From the NCBI GenBank assembly GCA_045046875.1, contig JASFYY010000133.1, positions 1 to 64,000 of the forward strand: a DNA stretch of 64,000 bases, given 5' to 3'. The DNA is from Verrucomicrobiota bacterium. Its GTDB lineage: Bacteria > Verrucomicrobiota > Verrucomicrobiia > Verrucomicrobiales > DEV007. This document shows, in pieces, positions 7,057 through 16,685 of this stretch; within the stretch, counting starts at the first letter, position 1; each line of letters begins with the position of its first letter. Position numbers and translations under genes: made by a program. The notes beneath the pieces were generated by a model, which was not told where the DNA came from, searched no databases, and worked only from the letters and a program-made list of their open reading frames with translations.

Positions 7057-9780
7057 ATGAAAAAACTGATTTTATGGATAGCCCTCTTTGCCTTGGTCAA
7101 GGGAGCCGTGGCAAGTGATTTTGACAGAGGGGGGGTCAGTGTTGACTTTCTTGCTTCGCAGCAAAATCGATCTACTGCGGTGAGCAAAAAAGTTTTGTTT
7201 CGTGAGGATTTTAAAAAGATAGATGTTAAAACTGATCTGCCTCTAGGCTGGAGGCGGGGCTTTAATCTTTTTTCCGTTCATCCAGAGGAAAGAAAGCTGT
7301 TAAAAGAACGCATTGAGCCTTTGACGAGTCAGAAGGTTTCTATTGAAGAGGGTAAATCATTTTTCACTCTTGCCACAGAAGCAAAAGCTCAAGCTGTCCG
7401 CGTACAATACAGCAAAGAAACTTCAAAGTTTAAACCTGATTTCTGTGGTAGTATTAAGCGATGGGTGGTATTGCCAGAACCCTATCAAGAGCGTAAATTA
7501 CGCATTCGTTTCAGGTATAGAGGAGTGATTGCTGAAGGAGTAAAGGGGGAGAATAGATTGTTGATTCAGAGCATGGTGACGGATCGCCTGAAATCTCCAT
7601 CGGGAGGCAAACAAGTGGGTTACAAACAAGCTTGGTTTTCTCGTATGAATGGTCATTGGCAGGAAGGTGAGATGTTTGTATTGTGTTCTGCTGAGGCAAA
7701 AAGTGTAGCCTTTTATCTGAAAAATTACGGTTGTCTGACGGTGGATATCGAGGGCCTGGTGATTGATGAAGTGGAGCAAGAAGATTCAGGGTTGAGCACT
7801 TATTTGACCCCGCAATTCTTCGCCGATCATTTGTATTGTATGGCGGAAGGGGAACCTGCAATTTTGAAGTTTACCCAGCTCAATGAAGCAAATGTTGAAA
7901 TCAACCAACCGGTGATGGTATTGGAGTTGCCACCAGGCATAGAGGTGATCGATGCACGAACCCAGTTGACGCTATTGGAGAAAAAAACGCTTAGTTCCGA
8001 ACGAGGTGATCGCTTGCGGTATCGTTACGCTTTAAATGGGCTGAAAAAATATATTCAGAATGATAAGCTCAATCACTACACCGCCAGTTATTTGATGTTG
8101 AGCTCCTCATTGCCTGTTGGTGAGACTCTGCACTCCGCCCGCTATTGGATTGAGGATGGCGAGTATCGAAGCAAAGCTAAGTCCTTTCATTTTAAAATCA
8201 TCGAGTCTGAGAATGCACCCGCTCCGGTGGATTTTGTCAGTGGAGCGGTGGTAAGTCGTGAGTATGATATCCGATCTTTGGCTAACCAACAGAGCTTGGT
8301 CGATGTTTATGTCGATAAGGGCTTCAATGCCATTCATATAGGAAACGCTCCGAGTGAGTTGATGGCTCGATTGGGGGATAAGGGGGTCAAGCGTTATGTG
8401 CAACCGGCTTGGTTGGTCAATGGTTATAGGATTGGCAAGCGCGACAAACCTGACGAGGTGAGATTCCAACTGGTTGATGGTGCTTATGATGAACAGGCGA
8501 TCTGCCCTGTGGCGGTCTATCGGCCACAAGAATATTTTCGCGAACAGGTAGAGGCTCCGTTGAGAAAGCTGCTGGTTACAGATCGAGTGGCAGATGGCAT
8601 CATGCCTAATTGGGAGCCTTACATGTATAAATTCAAAGGTTGTTTTTGTCCGTTATGTAAGCAGGAATTTATCGTTCATTCTAAGTTGCCTGCCAAACAA
8701 ATAGAGAGTGAATGGCCGAAGGGGATTGTTGAAAAGTATCGCGGGCAGTGGATCAAATTCAGGGCGTGGCAACATGGACTGATGATGGAAACCCTGGAAA
8801 AAACGGTGCAAAGAGTGGGCAATGAGGCTGGGCTGGCTGCTCATTTTATTCCAGAGATAGCTACCTTGTCATTGACTGAAGAGGGGCGCAGTCATTTTGA
8901 GCAAGTGGATCCGCTTGAATATATCGATCGGTTGAAAATGATCGAACCTTGGGGGCCGTATGTGGATAATTACCAATACCCTGGGAGTTATTTTTACCAA
9001 ACGGGTGCGCATTTGATCATGGAAGCAAAAACTCGTGAGGTTGTGGATTATATTAAGATGCATATCACAGATGAGAAAAAAAGGCCGCAATTGATAGGTT
9101 TTCCTCACGCGTCTCAAGGGGGCTTTGGCATGGCTGAACCAGAGGGCATCGCTTTTGATACTTTGTGTTTGTACGTCAATGGATGGCAGGGTTCGTTGGC
9201 CTATCATTTCCCCGATGGCTTTGATGCGCGGTATTGGAATGCTCTCGCCAAGGCTAACCGGTCGATCAGTCGATTTGAAGACCTGGTAATGAAGGGGGAT
9301 ACTCAAGTCCGCCACTCTTTCAAAATAGCGACTGCATTGCCAAAATTAGCACCCTCTGGGGGACGTTATTACCAAGTGGATGCTGAATCTTCGCTGATTT
9401 TCAGCCGTGAGTTTTCCCTTAAGCAACAAAGGTTGGTGGTGATTGCAAATGCTTGGAAGTATGGCGATGCTTTTGTGCACCTGAGTTTTGAAGGATTGCC
9501 TGAAGGCGAAAGTTTTGTTCTACGCGAACCTCTTTCGCAACGTTGTTTTGCTAACGATAAGGGGCAGGTGGAGCTTTCGGTCGAAGACTTAAAGCAGGGG
9601 GTGTTGTTGCATGTGGGGGCTTTGCGTTTTGGTTTTTTTCTACTCGAGCCATATCAGAAGGGCGAGGATTATGGGCTGATGATTAAACCTTCCCAAATGC
9701 AGGCAATGTTATCCTCATTTCGTCCGGCAATTTTGAAAGCAATAGAATTTGAGAAATCTTATCATGGGGAGAATGAGTGA
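7057..9780 (+). CDS. Large secreted hypothetical protein, putative glycoside-hydrolase-like TIM barrel with N-terminal beta-sandwich region
   Basis: Signal peptide; 907 aa; NWEP..GCFCPLCK Cys motif followed by W..FR, reminiscent of GH42-like barrels. Confidence 0.55.
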   Translation: MKKLILWIALFALVKGAVASDFDRGGVSVDFLASQQNRSTAVSKKVLFREDFKKIDVKTDLPLGWRRGFNLFSVHPEERKLLKERIEPLTSQKVSIEEGKSFFTLATEAKAQAVRVQYSKETSKFKPDFCGSIKRWVVLPEPYQERKLRIRFRYRGVIAEGVKGENRLLIQSMVTDRLKSPSGGKQVGYKQAWFSRMNGHWQEGEMFVLCSAEAKSVAFYLKNYGCLTVDIEGLVIDEVEQEDSGLSTYLTPQFFADHLYCMAEGEPAILKFTQLNEANVEINQPVMVLELPPGIEVIDARTQLTLLEKKTLSSERGDRLRYRYALNGLKKYIQNDKLNHYTASYLMLSSSLPVGETLHSARYWIEDGEYRSKAKSFHFKIIESENAPAPVDFVSGAVVSREYDIRSLANQQSLVDVYVDKGFNAIHIGNAPSELMARLGDKGVKRYVQPAWLVNGYRIGKRDKPDEVRFQLVDGAYDEQAICPVAVYRPQEYFREQVEAPLRKLLVTDRVADGIMPNWEPYMYKFKGCFCPLCKQEFIVHSKLPAKQIESEWPKGIVEKYRGQWIKFRAWQHGLMMETLEKTVQRVGNEAGLAAHFIPEIATLSLTEEGRSHFEQVDPLEYIDRLKMIEPWGPYVDNYQYPGSYFYQTGAHLIMEAKTREVVDYIKMHITDEKKRPQLIGFPHASQGGFGMAEPEGIAFDTLCLYVNGWQGSLAYHFPDGFDARYWNALAKANRSISRFEDLVMKGDTQVRHSFKIATALPKLAPSGGRYYQVDAESSLIFSREFSLKQQRLVVIANAWKYGDAFVHLSFEGLPEGESFVLREPLSQRCFANDKGQVELSVEDLKQGVLLHVGALRFGFFLLEPYQKGEDYGLMIKPSQMQAMLSSFRPAILKAIEFEKSYHGENE

Positions 9781-9883
9781 AAGCTCGTTGTTGAAGGGGT
9801 GGAAGTCTGTGGTGAGGCTGAATTTGACTTTGTGTTATTTTATAAAACAATTATGAGATATTGAAAATCATGGCTGTCATAGT

Positions 9884-10732
9884 ATGGCCGCTATGACAAA
9901 AAAATATATCTGCTGTTCCATGATTTCATTGTTAATCGGCTTGTTCCCTGTTCTGGGTTTCGCCGAAGAAAAGAGGGCGAACGAGCCGGGTTGGCAGACC
10001 TTGTTTAATGGCAAGGATTTGAAAAATTGGGATATTGTTATTGGTCAACGTGGGCCAACCCGGGTGAATGAAGATCCTGATAAACTTTTTCAAGTGCATG
10101 ATGGCATGGTGCACACCTACAAGGACACCAAAGAAAAGACTAAGGTCCAATATGGTTATTTTTTGACCAAGAAAAAATACTCTCATTATCACATGCGTTT
10201 TGAGTTCAAGTGGGGTAAGAAAAAATTTGAGCCACGGCTCAAAGCTGCGCGTGATGCGGGAGTATTGTATCACGTGGTAGGTGGGAAAAAGGTGTGGCCG
10301 AGAAGTTTGGAATTGCAGGTTGAGGAAAAGGGGATGGGGGATTTTCTCACTGTGTATGGCGCACAAGCTAAGACTACAGTGGATCCCCAATCGATCGACA
10401 AGAAGAGGAAGGGGAATGCACGGTTTAGATTGCCTGCTGAAGGAGGCGTTCCTTATGTTTCCGGTGGGCCGGGTGTTTACTGGGTTTATCGTTATCCGCA
10501 AGCGGCGAAAGAAGGGTGGAATACTTTTGAGCTGATCGTGCGAGGAGCTGAAAGCGCGGAGCACAGGGTGAACGGAGTCGTGGTGAACCGAGTGACTGAT
10601 CTGCGTCAGTTGGACAAAGATGGCAAAACCTGGATTCCACTGGAAGCAGGAAAAATTCTTTTTCAAGCAGAAGCGGCGGAAGCGTTTTATCGTAACATTG
10701 AGATCAAGGAGTTGTCACCTGATTCTGAATAA
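9884..10732 (+). CDS. DUF1080 (3-keto-disaccharide hydrolase family) secreted protein
   Basis: WQTLFNGKDLKNW, RFEFKWG, DAGVLYH, SLELQV, GWNTFE and ILFQAE...YRNIEIK motifs. Confidence 0.9.
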   Translation: MAAMTKKYICCSMISLLIGLFPVLGFAEEKRANEPGWQTLFNGKDLKNWDIVIGQRGPTRVNEDPDKLFQVHDGMVHTYKDTKEKTKVQYGYFLTKKKYSHYHMRFEFKWGKKKFEPRLKAARDAGVLYHVVGGKKVWPRSLELQVEEKGMGDFLTVYGAQAKTTVDPQSIDKKRKGNARFRLPAEGGVPYVSGGPGVYWVYRYPQAAKEGWNTFELIVRGAESAEHRVNGVVVNRVTDLRQLDKDGKTWIPLEAGKILFQAEAAEAFYRNIEIKELSPDSE

Positions 10733-10787
10733 TCGAAGGCAGCTAATAACAATGTCGAGAACCAAGGTGAAAACAGGGATGAATGAA

Positions 10788-13655
10788 ATGAATATAAGAA
10801 AGGTTTGTTTGCTGTTTATTCTTGTATGGTGTGTTTGGAAAGCTCCCACGCGTGTTTTTGCTGATGATGAACAAGAATCTCTTTTTGCTGGCACCGGAAT
10901 CATCGATATCACTCCAGACCCGGACGTGCCGTTGAGTGGGCCGATCGGGGGTGGGGGTAAAGCTTTCCCGGTTCACGACCGGCTCTATGTTCGTGCACTG
11001 GCCATCAAGAGTGGTGATACCCGTGTGGTGTTTTGTATCGCGGATCTGACATTGATATCCACTCCGTTGCATGACCGTATTCGCGATTTGGTTCATCAGC
11101 GAAGCGGCTTACCCAAAAATCATTTATTGGTATCGGCGACCCATACTCATAATGCTCCGCGTGCAGTGAAACTGGAATTGGGGCCGGTGCACGAAGCGTA
11201 TAAAGATAGTCTGGTGACTTGGGTGGCTGATGCGGTGGTTATGGCTCTGGATAATCTGGAGCCAGCTAAAATCGGCTGGGCGTCGATCGATCAGGGGAAG
11301 TTTTGCCGCAATCGACGCTGGTTGGTGAAACCTGGCACACAGGCGGCCAACCCTTTTGGAGCAAAAACGGATTTGGCCAAAATGTATGGAGGACCCGGTA
11401 AAAATGGTATTCGTCCAGTGGGGCCAACGGATCCTGAGTTTTTTGTGTTATCCGCGCAACGTCCTGACGGCAGTCAGATCGGCTTGTTTGCTAATTTTAG
11501 TATTCATTATGGTTCCGGCGTAAAGGGTGGAGGCGTAAGTGCTGATTATTTTGGTTATTTTAGTCGTGAAGCGGAAAGTTTATTGGGTGGCACCAAGGAA
11601 AAATCAGTGGTTTCGATTATTTCCAATGGCACCAGTGGTGATATCGCGCCGGGAGGGAATCCCTCCAAGCTGGGTAAGAGCCTTGCGGCCGACGCAGTTG
11701 CTGTGGTCAAAAAAATCAAACATCAGGATCACTTGCCGATCACAGTGCGTGAGAGTGAGCTTTCGTTAAAGGTTCGACGTCCCAGTGCAAAACGTCTCGC
11801 CTGGGCCAAGGCGGTGAAAGCAGGGACTGCGGAAAAACCTGCTCCTCATTGGCAGGGAATTTACGCCAAACACACGCTGTGGCTGAATGATTATCCGGAC
11901 GAGGTGCCGGTGAGGCTGCAGGCGATTCGTTTGGGGAAGCTCGCCATCATGGCGTTGCCTTGTGAAGTTTACGCTGAAACGGGTTTAGCGATCAAGGCTC
12001 GCAGCCCTTTTAAGGACACCTTTAATGTTGAACTTGCTAATGGTTATCGCGGTTACTTGCCTACACCCAATCAACACAGGCTGGGGGGCTATACGACCTG
12101 GCCGGCGGTCAGCAGTTTGTTGGATGTCGATGCGGAACCCAGGATAAGGGAAGAATCTTTGCGGCTGTTAAATGAAGTCGCCGATCCATCGATGAGACGT
12201 AATCAGAAGAAGAACGTGCTGTTCATCGCAGTAGATGACTTGCGCCCGGATCTGGGCTGTTATGGAGTTGATTATATCAAGAGCCCGAACATTGACCGTA
12301 TCGCCAAGGAGGGGGTGTTGTTTGAGCGCGCCTATTGTCAGCGCGCCATTTGCATGCCTTCGCGCACCAGTGTGATGACGGGACTTCGCCCTGATTCTTT
12401 TGCTGGACTGGGCGCGCATTTTCGTCGTACGATTCCAGATGTCACGACTTTGCCCCAGCATTTTAAAAACAACGGTTATTTCACCCAGTCGTTCGGGAAG
12501 ATTTATCATGGCTCCTGGGAGAAAGCCTATGACGGCAATAGTTTTCAGGATCCAATTTCCTGGTCGCTGCCTCGTTGGACGGGTAGTCCACAGTATTATT
12601 TTTCTCCAGAGGGGATTCGCAAAGCGCGGGAAGTGTTTGCCACTTCCAAGAACAAACGGCTCGCCAGAATAAAAAAAGATCCTGATAATCCGGATCAATG
12701 GAAGGATTATTTTGTGCAGGGTTCTTCGACAGAAGCTCCGGATGTTGCTGATGATGTTCCCGGGGATGGGAAGATGACTCAGGCGGCCTTGGCGAGAATT
12801 CGGAAACTTGAAAAAGAAGGTAAACTGTTTTTTCTCGGTGTGGGTTATATGAAACCACATCTTCCTTTCATCGCACCGAAGCGCTATTGGGATCTTTACG
12901 ATCCTGATGAATTGCCAGCTGTCCCACGGAGTACCCCTCCGGAAGGGGCGCCGGGTATTGCTCTCACAGGTTGGGGGGAACTCCGGGTTTATACGGATAT
13001 TGCTAATAAAGGCCCGCTTACGGATGAAAAAATCCGTCAACTCCGTCATGGCTATGCTGCCTGCATCAGTTACGTGGATGCACAGATTGGCTTGTTATTA
13101 GATGAGTTGGATCGTCTTGATTTACGAAAAGATACCATCGTGGTGCTGTGGTCTGACCACGGTTATAAGCTGGGAGATTTTGGTATGTGGTGCAAACACA
13201 CCAATTTTGAACTCGATACTCGTGTGCCACTAATCGTGAGTGCTCCGGGTCATGCGGTGGATGGAAAAAGCAATGCCCTGGTTGAGTTGGTCGATCTTTA
13301 CCCGACCTTATCTGATCTGGCGGGATTGCCCAAGCCCTATGGAGTGGAAGGGGGGAGTTTTGCATCGATTGTCAGCGATCCTGAAGCCCCGGGCGAGGGG
13401 ATTGCTCTCAGCCAATACCCGCGCGGGCCGGCGGTCACGGGTTACAGCATGCGCACTGATCGATATCGTTTCACGATATGGCGTAATCCTAAAGATCATT
13501 CGAAAGTGCATGCGGTAGAACTCTATGATCATCACTCCGATCCGGGAGAAACCGTTAATCTGGCTATGGATGAGGCCAATGAGAAGCTGGTTGAAAAACT
13601 CACTGGGCAATTAGATGCAGAATGGGAGAAGAGTCACGCAGGTCGTTCGCGTTAG
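10788..13655 (+). CDS. Fusion protein: neutral-ceramidase-like amidohydrolase domain + iduronate-2-sulfatase-like sulfatase
   Basis: N-terminal half: DITP, HDRLYVRAL, SATHTHNAP, NRR, GPTDPE, SADYFG, LPCEVY, ELANG..GYLPT. C-terminal half from about 12210: NVLFIAVDDLRP, CMPSR, GKIYH, KPHLPF, SDHG, WCKHT. No stop codon between the halves. Confidence 0.85.
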   Translation: MNIRKVCLLFILVWCVWKAPTRVFADDEQESLFAGTGIIDITPDPDVPLSGPIGGGGKAFPVHDRLYVRALAIKSGDTRVVFCIADLTLISTPLHDRIRDLVHQRSGLPKNHLLVSATHTHNAPRAVKLELGPVHEAYKDSLVTWVADAVVMALDNLEPAKIGWASIDQGKFCRNRRWLVKPGTQAANPFGAKTDLAKMYGGPGKNGIRPVGPTDPEFFVLSAQRPDGSQIGLFANFSIHYGSGVKGGGVSADYFGYFSREAESLLGGTKEKSVVSIISNGTSGDIAPGGNPSKLGKSLAADAVAVVKKIKHQDHLPITVRESELSLKVRRPSAKRLAWAKAVKAGTAEKPAPHWQGIYAKHTLWLNDYPDEVPVRLQAIRLGKLAIMALPCEVYAETGLAIKARSPFKDTFNVELANGYRGYLPTPNQHRLGGYTTWPAVSSLLDVDAEPRIREESLRLLNEVADPSMRRNQKKNVLFIAVDDLRPDLGCYGVDYIKSPNIDRIAKEGVLFERAYCQRAICMPSRTSVMTGLRPDSFAGLGAHFRRTIPDVTTLPQHFKNNGYFTQSFGKIYHGSWEKAYDGNSFQDPISWSLPRWTGSPQYYFSPEGIRKAREVFATSKNKRLARIKKDPDNPDQWKDYFVQGSSTEAPDVADDVPGDGKMTQAALARIRKLEKEGKLFFLGVGYMKPHLPFIAPKRYWDLYDPDELPAVPRSTPPEGAPGIALTGWGELRVYTDIANKGPLTDEKIRQLRHGYAACISYVDAQIGLLLDELDRLDLRKDTIVVLWSDHGYKLGDFGMWCKHTNFELDTRVPLIVSAPGHAVDGKSNALVELVDLYPTLSDLAGLPKPYGVEGGSFASIVSDPEAPGEGIALSQYPRGPAVTGYSMRTDRYRFTIWRNPKDHSKVHAVELYDHHSDPGETVNLAMDEANEKLVEKLTGQLDAEWEKSHAGRSR

Positions 13656-13768
13656 GCAGGACTGTTCAGCGGGGTTGTTGATCTTTGAATTGAAGAGGCT
13701 GTAGACTTTGACTCGATTTAAAACGGAAATGAGCGTGAGGAGATGGTGGGGAATTTTATAAAATAATT

Positions 13769-15178
13769 ATGAGATATTGTAAGGAGGAGGTGTCAGATTG
13801 TAGTATGATGGTGAAGCTCCTCCTGTTTAAAAAATTGTATATCAAAGCCATTTTGCTTTTAATGGTTCAGATTTTGTTTGTCAGCCCGTGCGCTGCAGGT
13901 GATTTGAAAGTGGCGTCGTCTGCGGTGAATCTGGTGGCGGATGATTCGATGGAAATTGCGGGTAGTATTTTACCTGGCAAGGTGAAAGGGCAGGAAGGGG
14001 AGTTGCGGGCGGTGGCGGTGGTGATTGAAAAAAACGGAGCTGGGAAGGTGGCTATTGTGGCTTGTGATGTGTTATTTTTATCACGAGCCTTGTTGGATCC
14101 CGCATTGGCTGAGATTGAGGAAATAACGGGCATTGCAGCGGATCATGTTTTGGTGAATTGCACTCACACTCATCACGCACCTTGCACGGCGTCGGTGCAT
14201 GGTTATCAAACTAATCAGGTGTTTTTTCAACGGGTGCAGCAGGCAATCGTAAAGGCGGTGCAGGATGCCAACAACAAACTTGAAAAGGGAGAGGATACGG
14301 ATGCGGATTTTTTCTTTCATTTGGGGGAAGAAAAAACGGTGGGCGCGAACAGTCGTTTGCTGTTGGAAGATGGCAAGATCAGGTGGACGGGAAATGCCCC
14401 GGGCAAACCCACCGGACCGTTCGATCCGCAGTTGCCGGTGCTGGCCTTTCGCAGAGCGGATGCAAGTTTGTTGGCGACGGTTTATAATCACTCGACGCAC
14501 ACTATAGGCACGGTGAAGGGACGGGTGCGCTCACCGGGTTTTTACGGACTGGCGGCGCAGGAACTCGAGGGCGAGCTTGGTGGCTCGGTGGTTTTTTTGG
14601 AAGGGGCGTCTGGTTCCACTCATAATATCACCCGGGTGCCAACCGCTGAGGCGGTGATCCGGATGAAAAATGCGGTGAAGCTGGCTTTGAAACAAGCGCA
14701 GCTCCAGCCGGTGACAAAATTGGAGTCGATCAAGAGGCAGTTCACTTTCAAGGTGCGTTCTTTTGATGAGGACGTGGAGGAAGAAAAAGTGGTTTCTTAT
14801 GTGTCCAAGTATGCGGCCAAACGTTTGCAATCTACCTCGAAGGTGTTTCGTGATATGCGCCAGATCCTGTCAGCGCAGCAGGGGCAGAAGCGCGAGACCT
14901 GGTTGCAGGTGATGATGATCGGTGATGATGTGGCCTTGGTAGGAGTGCCGGCGGAGTATTTTACCGGGCTGGGTGTTGATATCAAAAAACGTTCTCCTTT
15001 TAAATACACGGTGGTGGCCGAGCTGGCGAATGACTGGATCGGTTACCTTCCGGATCGTGAAGCGCACCAATTGGGAGGGTATCAAACCTGGATGGGATTG
15101 CATTCGTATGCGGAAGTGGGAACCGGGGAGAGAATCGCAGATGAGATCGTGGAGATGTTAAAGGAGATTAAGCAGTAG
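13769..15178 (+). CDS. Neutral/alkaline ceramidase-like amidohydrolase (secreted)
   Basis: NCTHTHHAP, NSR, GPFDPQ, VPAEYF, ELANDWIGYLP..GGY; signal-peptide-like N-terminus. Confidence 0.8.
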   Translation: MRYCKEEVSDCSMMVKLLLFKKLYIKAILLLMVQILFVSPCAAGDLKVASSAVNLVADDSMEIAGSILPGKVKGQEGELRAVAVVIEKNGAGKVAIVACDVLFLSRALLDPALAEIEEITGIAADHVLVNCTHTHHAPCTASVHGYQTNQVFFQRVQQAIVKAVQDANNKLEKGEDTDADFFFHLGEEKTVGANSRLLLEDGKIRWTGNAPGKPTGPFDPQLPVLAFRRADASLLATVYNHSTHTIGTVKGRVRSPGFYGLAAQELEGELGGSVVFLEGASGSTHNITRVPTAEAVIRMKNAVKLALKQAQLQPVTKLESIKRQFTFKVRSFDEDVEEEKVVSYVSKYAAKRLQSTSKVFRDMRQILSAQQGQKRETWLQVMMIGDDVALVGVPAEYFTGLGVDIKKRSPFKYTVVAELANDWIGYLPDREAHQLGGYQTWMGLHSYAEVGTGERIADEIVEMLKEIKQ

Positions 15179-15223
15179 GCGGGATTCTGAAGTCAGTAGC
15201 TTGAATGTAGGGAATCACAAATT

Positions 15224-16672
15224 ATGAATAAACAACGATCAGGAGGTCTTTTGCTACTCGTAGCAGGATTGAGTTTGTTTTATTTGTCTGCTCTTCATGC
15301 TGCGGACAAGGGTGAGCAGAATAAGCCTAACTTTATTATTATTTTTTGTGATAATCTCGGTTATGGGGATATCGAACCTTTTGGCTCGACTTTGCACCGC
15401 ACGCCTAATCTTAATCGGATGGCGAAGGAGGGCAGGAAGTTTACCCATTTTTGTGTCACTGCGGGAGTTTGCACTCCCTCGCGATCCAGTATCATGACGG
15501 GCTGTTATTCACAGCGGGTGGGCATGCATGTGACGCCTCGTGATGGTTGGGTCTTGCGTCCGGTTTCACCGTATGGACTGCATCCGGATGAAGTCACGAT
15601 TGCGGAGGTGCTCAAGGAACAGGGATACGCAACCGCGATTGTGGGTAAGTGGCATTTGGGGGATCAACCGGAATTTCTACCAACACGACAAGGCTTTGAT
15701 TGGTTTCTTGGTATTCCCTACAGCGACAATATGGTCGGCAACAAACGACCGGGGTGGCCACCGCTTCCCCTGATGGAAAATGAAATCGTGATCGAAGCTC
15801 CGGTTGACCGTGACCCTTTAACCAAGCGTTTGACGGAGCGGGCGATGCAGTGGATCGCCGAACATAAGGACGAACCGTTTTTTCTTTATTTCCCGCAGGC
15901 GATGCCTGGCAGCACAGCAGCTCCTTTTTCAAGTCCGGCTTTTAAAGGCAAAAGCAAAAACGGACCCTGGGGGGATTCGATTGAAGAACTGGATTGGTCG
16001 ATGGGGGTGATGATGGATCAGCTGGTTGAACTGGGGATTGCTGAGAATACCTTTGTGATCTGGACTTCGGACAATGGTGCTCCGATCAACAAGGGGAATC
16101 TACGGCGCGGCTCGAATTTGCCACTGCACGGGGCTGGCTACACCACCAGTGAGGGGGCATTCCGGGTGCCGACGATTGTCTGGCAGCCGGGGAAGGTACC
16201 GGCGGGAACGGTTTGTAAGGAACTGGCAACAACGATGGATCTGCTGCCGACTTTTGCGAAACTGGCGGGAGCCAAAGTACCCGAAAATCGTAAAATTGAC
16301 GGTCATGACATCGCGCCGCTGCTGTTTGGGGAAGAGGGCGCCAAGACTCCTTATGAGGCTTTTTATTATTATCATCAGGAGCAACTGCAGGCGATTCGCT
16401 CTGGTCCGTGGAAGTTGTTTCTACCGGTGAAATCTTCAAGAGTTCATCCGCATTTTGGCAAGCAGCAAAAGCCTGAATATCTGCTTTTTAATGTGGAGGA
16501 GGACATAACCAGCGAAAAAAATGTTGCGGCAGATCATCCCGATATCGTGGCCAGACTTATGCAGCTGGCCGAAGTGGCGCGGGAAGACCTTGGCGATCTG
16601 GGGAAGCGGGGGGCAGGGCAACGCTCGCCAGGGAAAGTGGACAACCCTGTGGCGCAGATTTTAAAGAATTAG
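15224..16672 (+). CDS. S1 sulfatase-family protein with divergent active-site motifs
   Basis: PNFIIIFCDNLGYGD, CTPSR, GKWHLG and SDNG; signal peptide. Confidence 0.85.
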   Translation: MNKQRSGGLLLLVAGLSLFYLSALHAADKGEQNKPNFIIIFCDNLGYGDIEPFGSTLHRTPNLNRMAKEGRKFTHFCVTAGVCTPSRSSIMTGCYSQRVGMHVTPRDGWVLRPVSPYGLHPDEVTIAEVLKEQGYATAIVGKWHLGDQPEFLPTRQGFDWFLGIPYSDNMVGNKRPGWPPLPLMENEIVIEAPVDRDPLTKRLTERAMQWIAEHKDEPFFLYFPQAMPGSTAAPFSSPAFKGKSKNGPWGDSIEELDWSMGVMMDQLVELGIAENTFVIWTSDNGAPINKGNLRRGSNLPLHGAGYTTSEGAFRVPTIVWQPGKVPAGTVCKELATTMDLLPTFAKLAGAKVPENRKIDGHDIAPLLFGEEGAKTPYEAFYYYHQEQLQAIRSGPWKLFLPVKSSRVHPHFGKQQKPEYLLFNVEEDITSEKNVAADHPDIVARLMQLAEVAREDLGDLGKRGAGQRSPGKVDNPVAQILKN

Positions 16673-16685
16673 GAAATAGGAAATT

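Noticed and set aside
12168..13049. 293-aa antisense ORF (also 9932..10666, 51942..52781 and similar)
   Set aside because: They lie opposite well-supported genes and show no recognisable motifs; typical antisense shadows.
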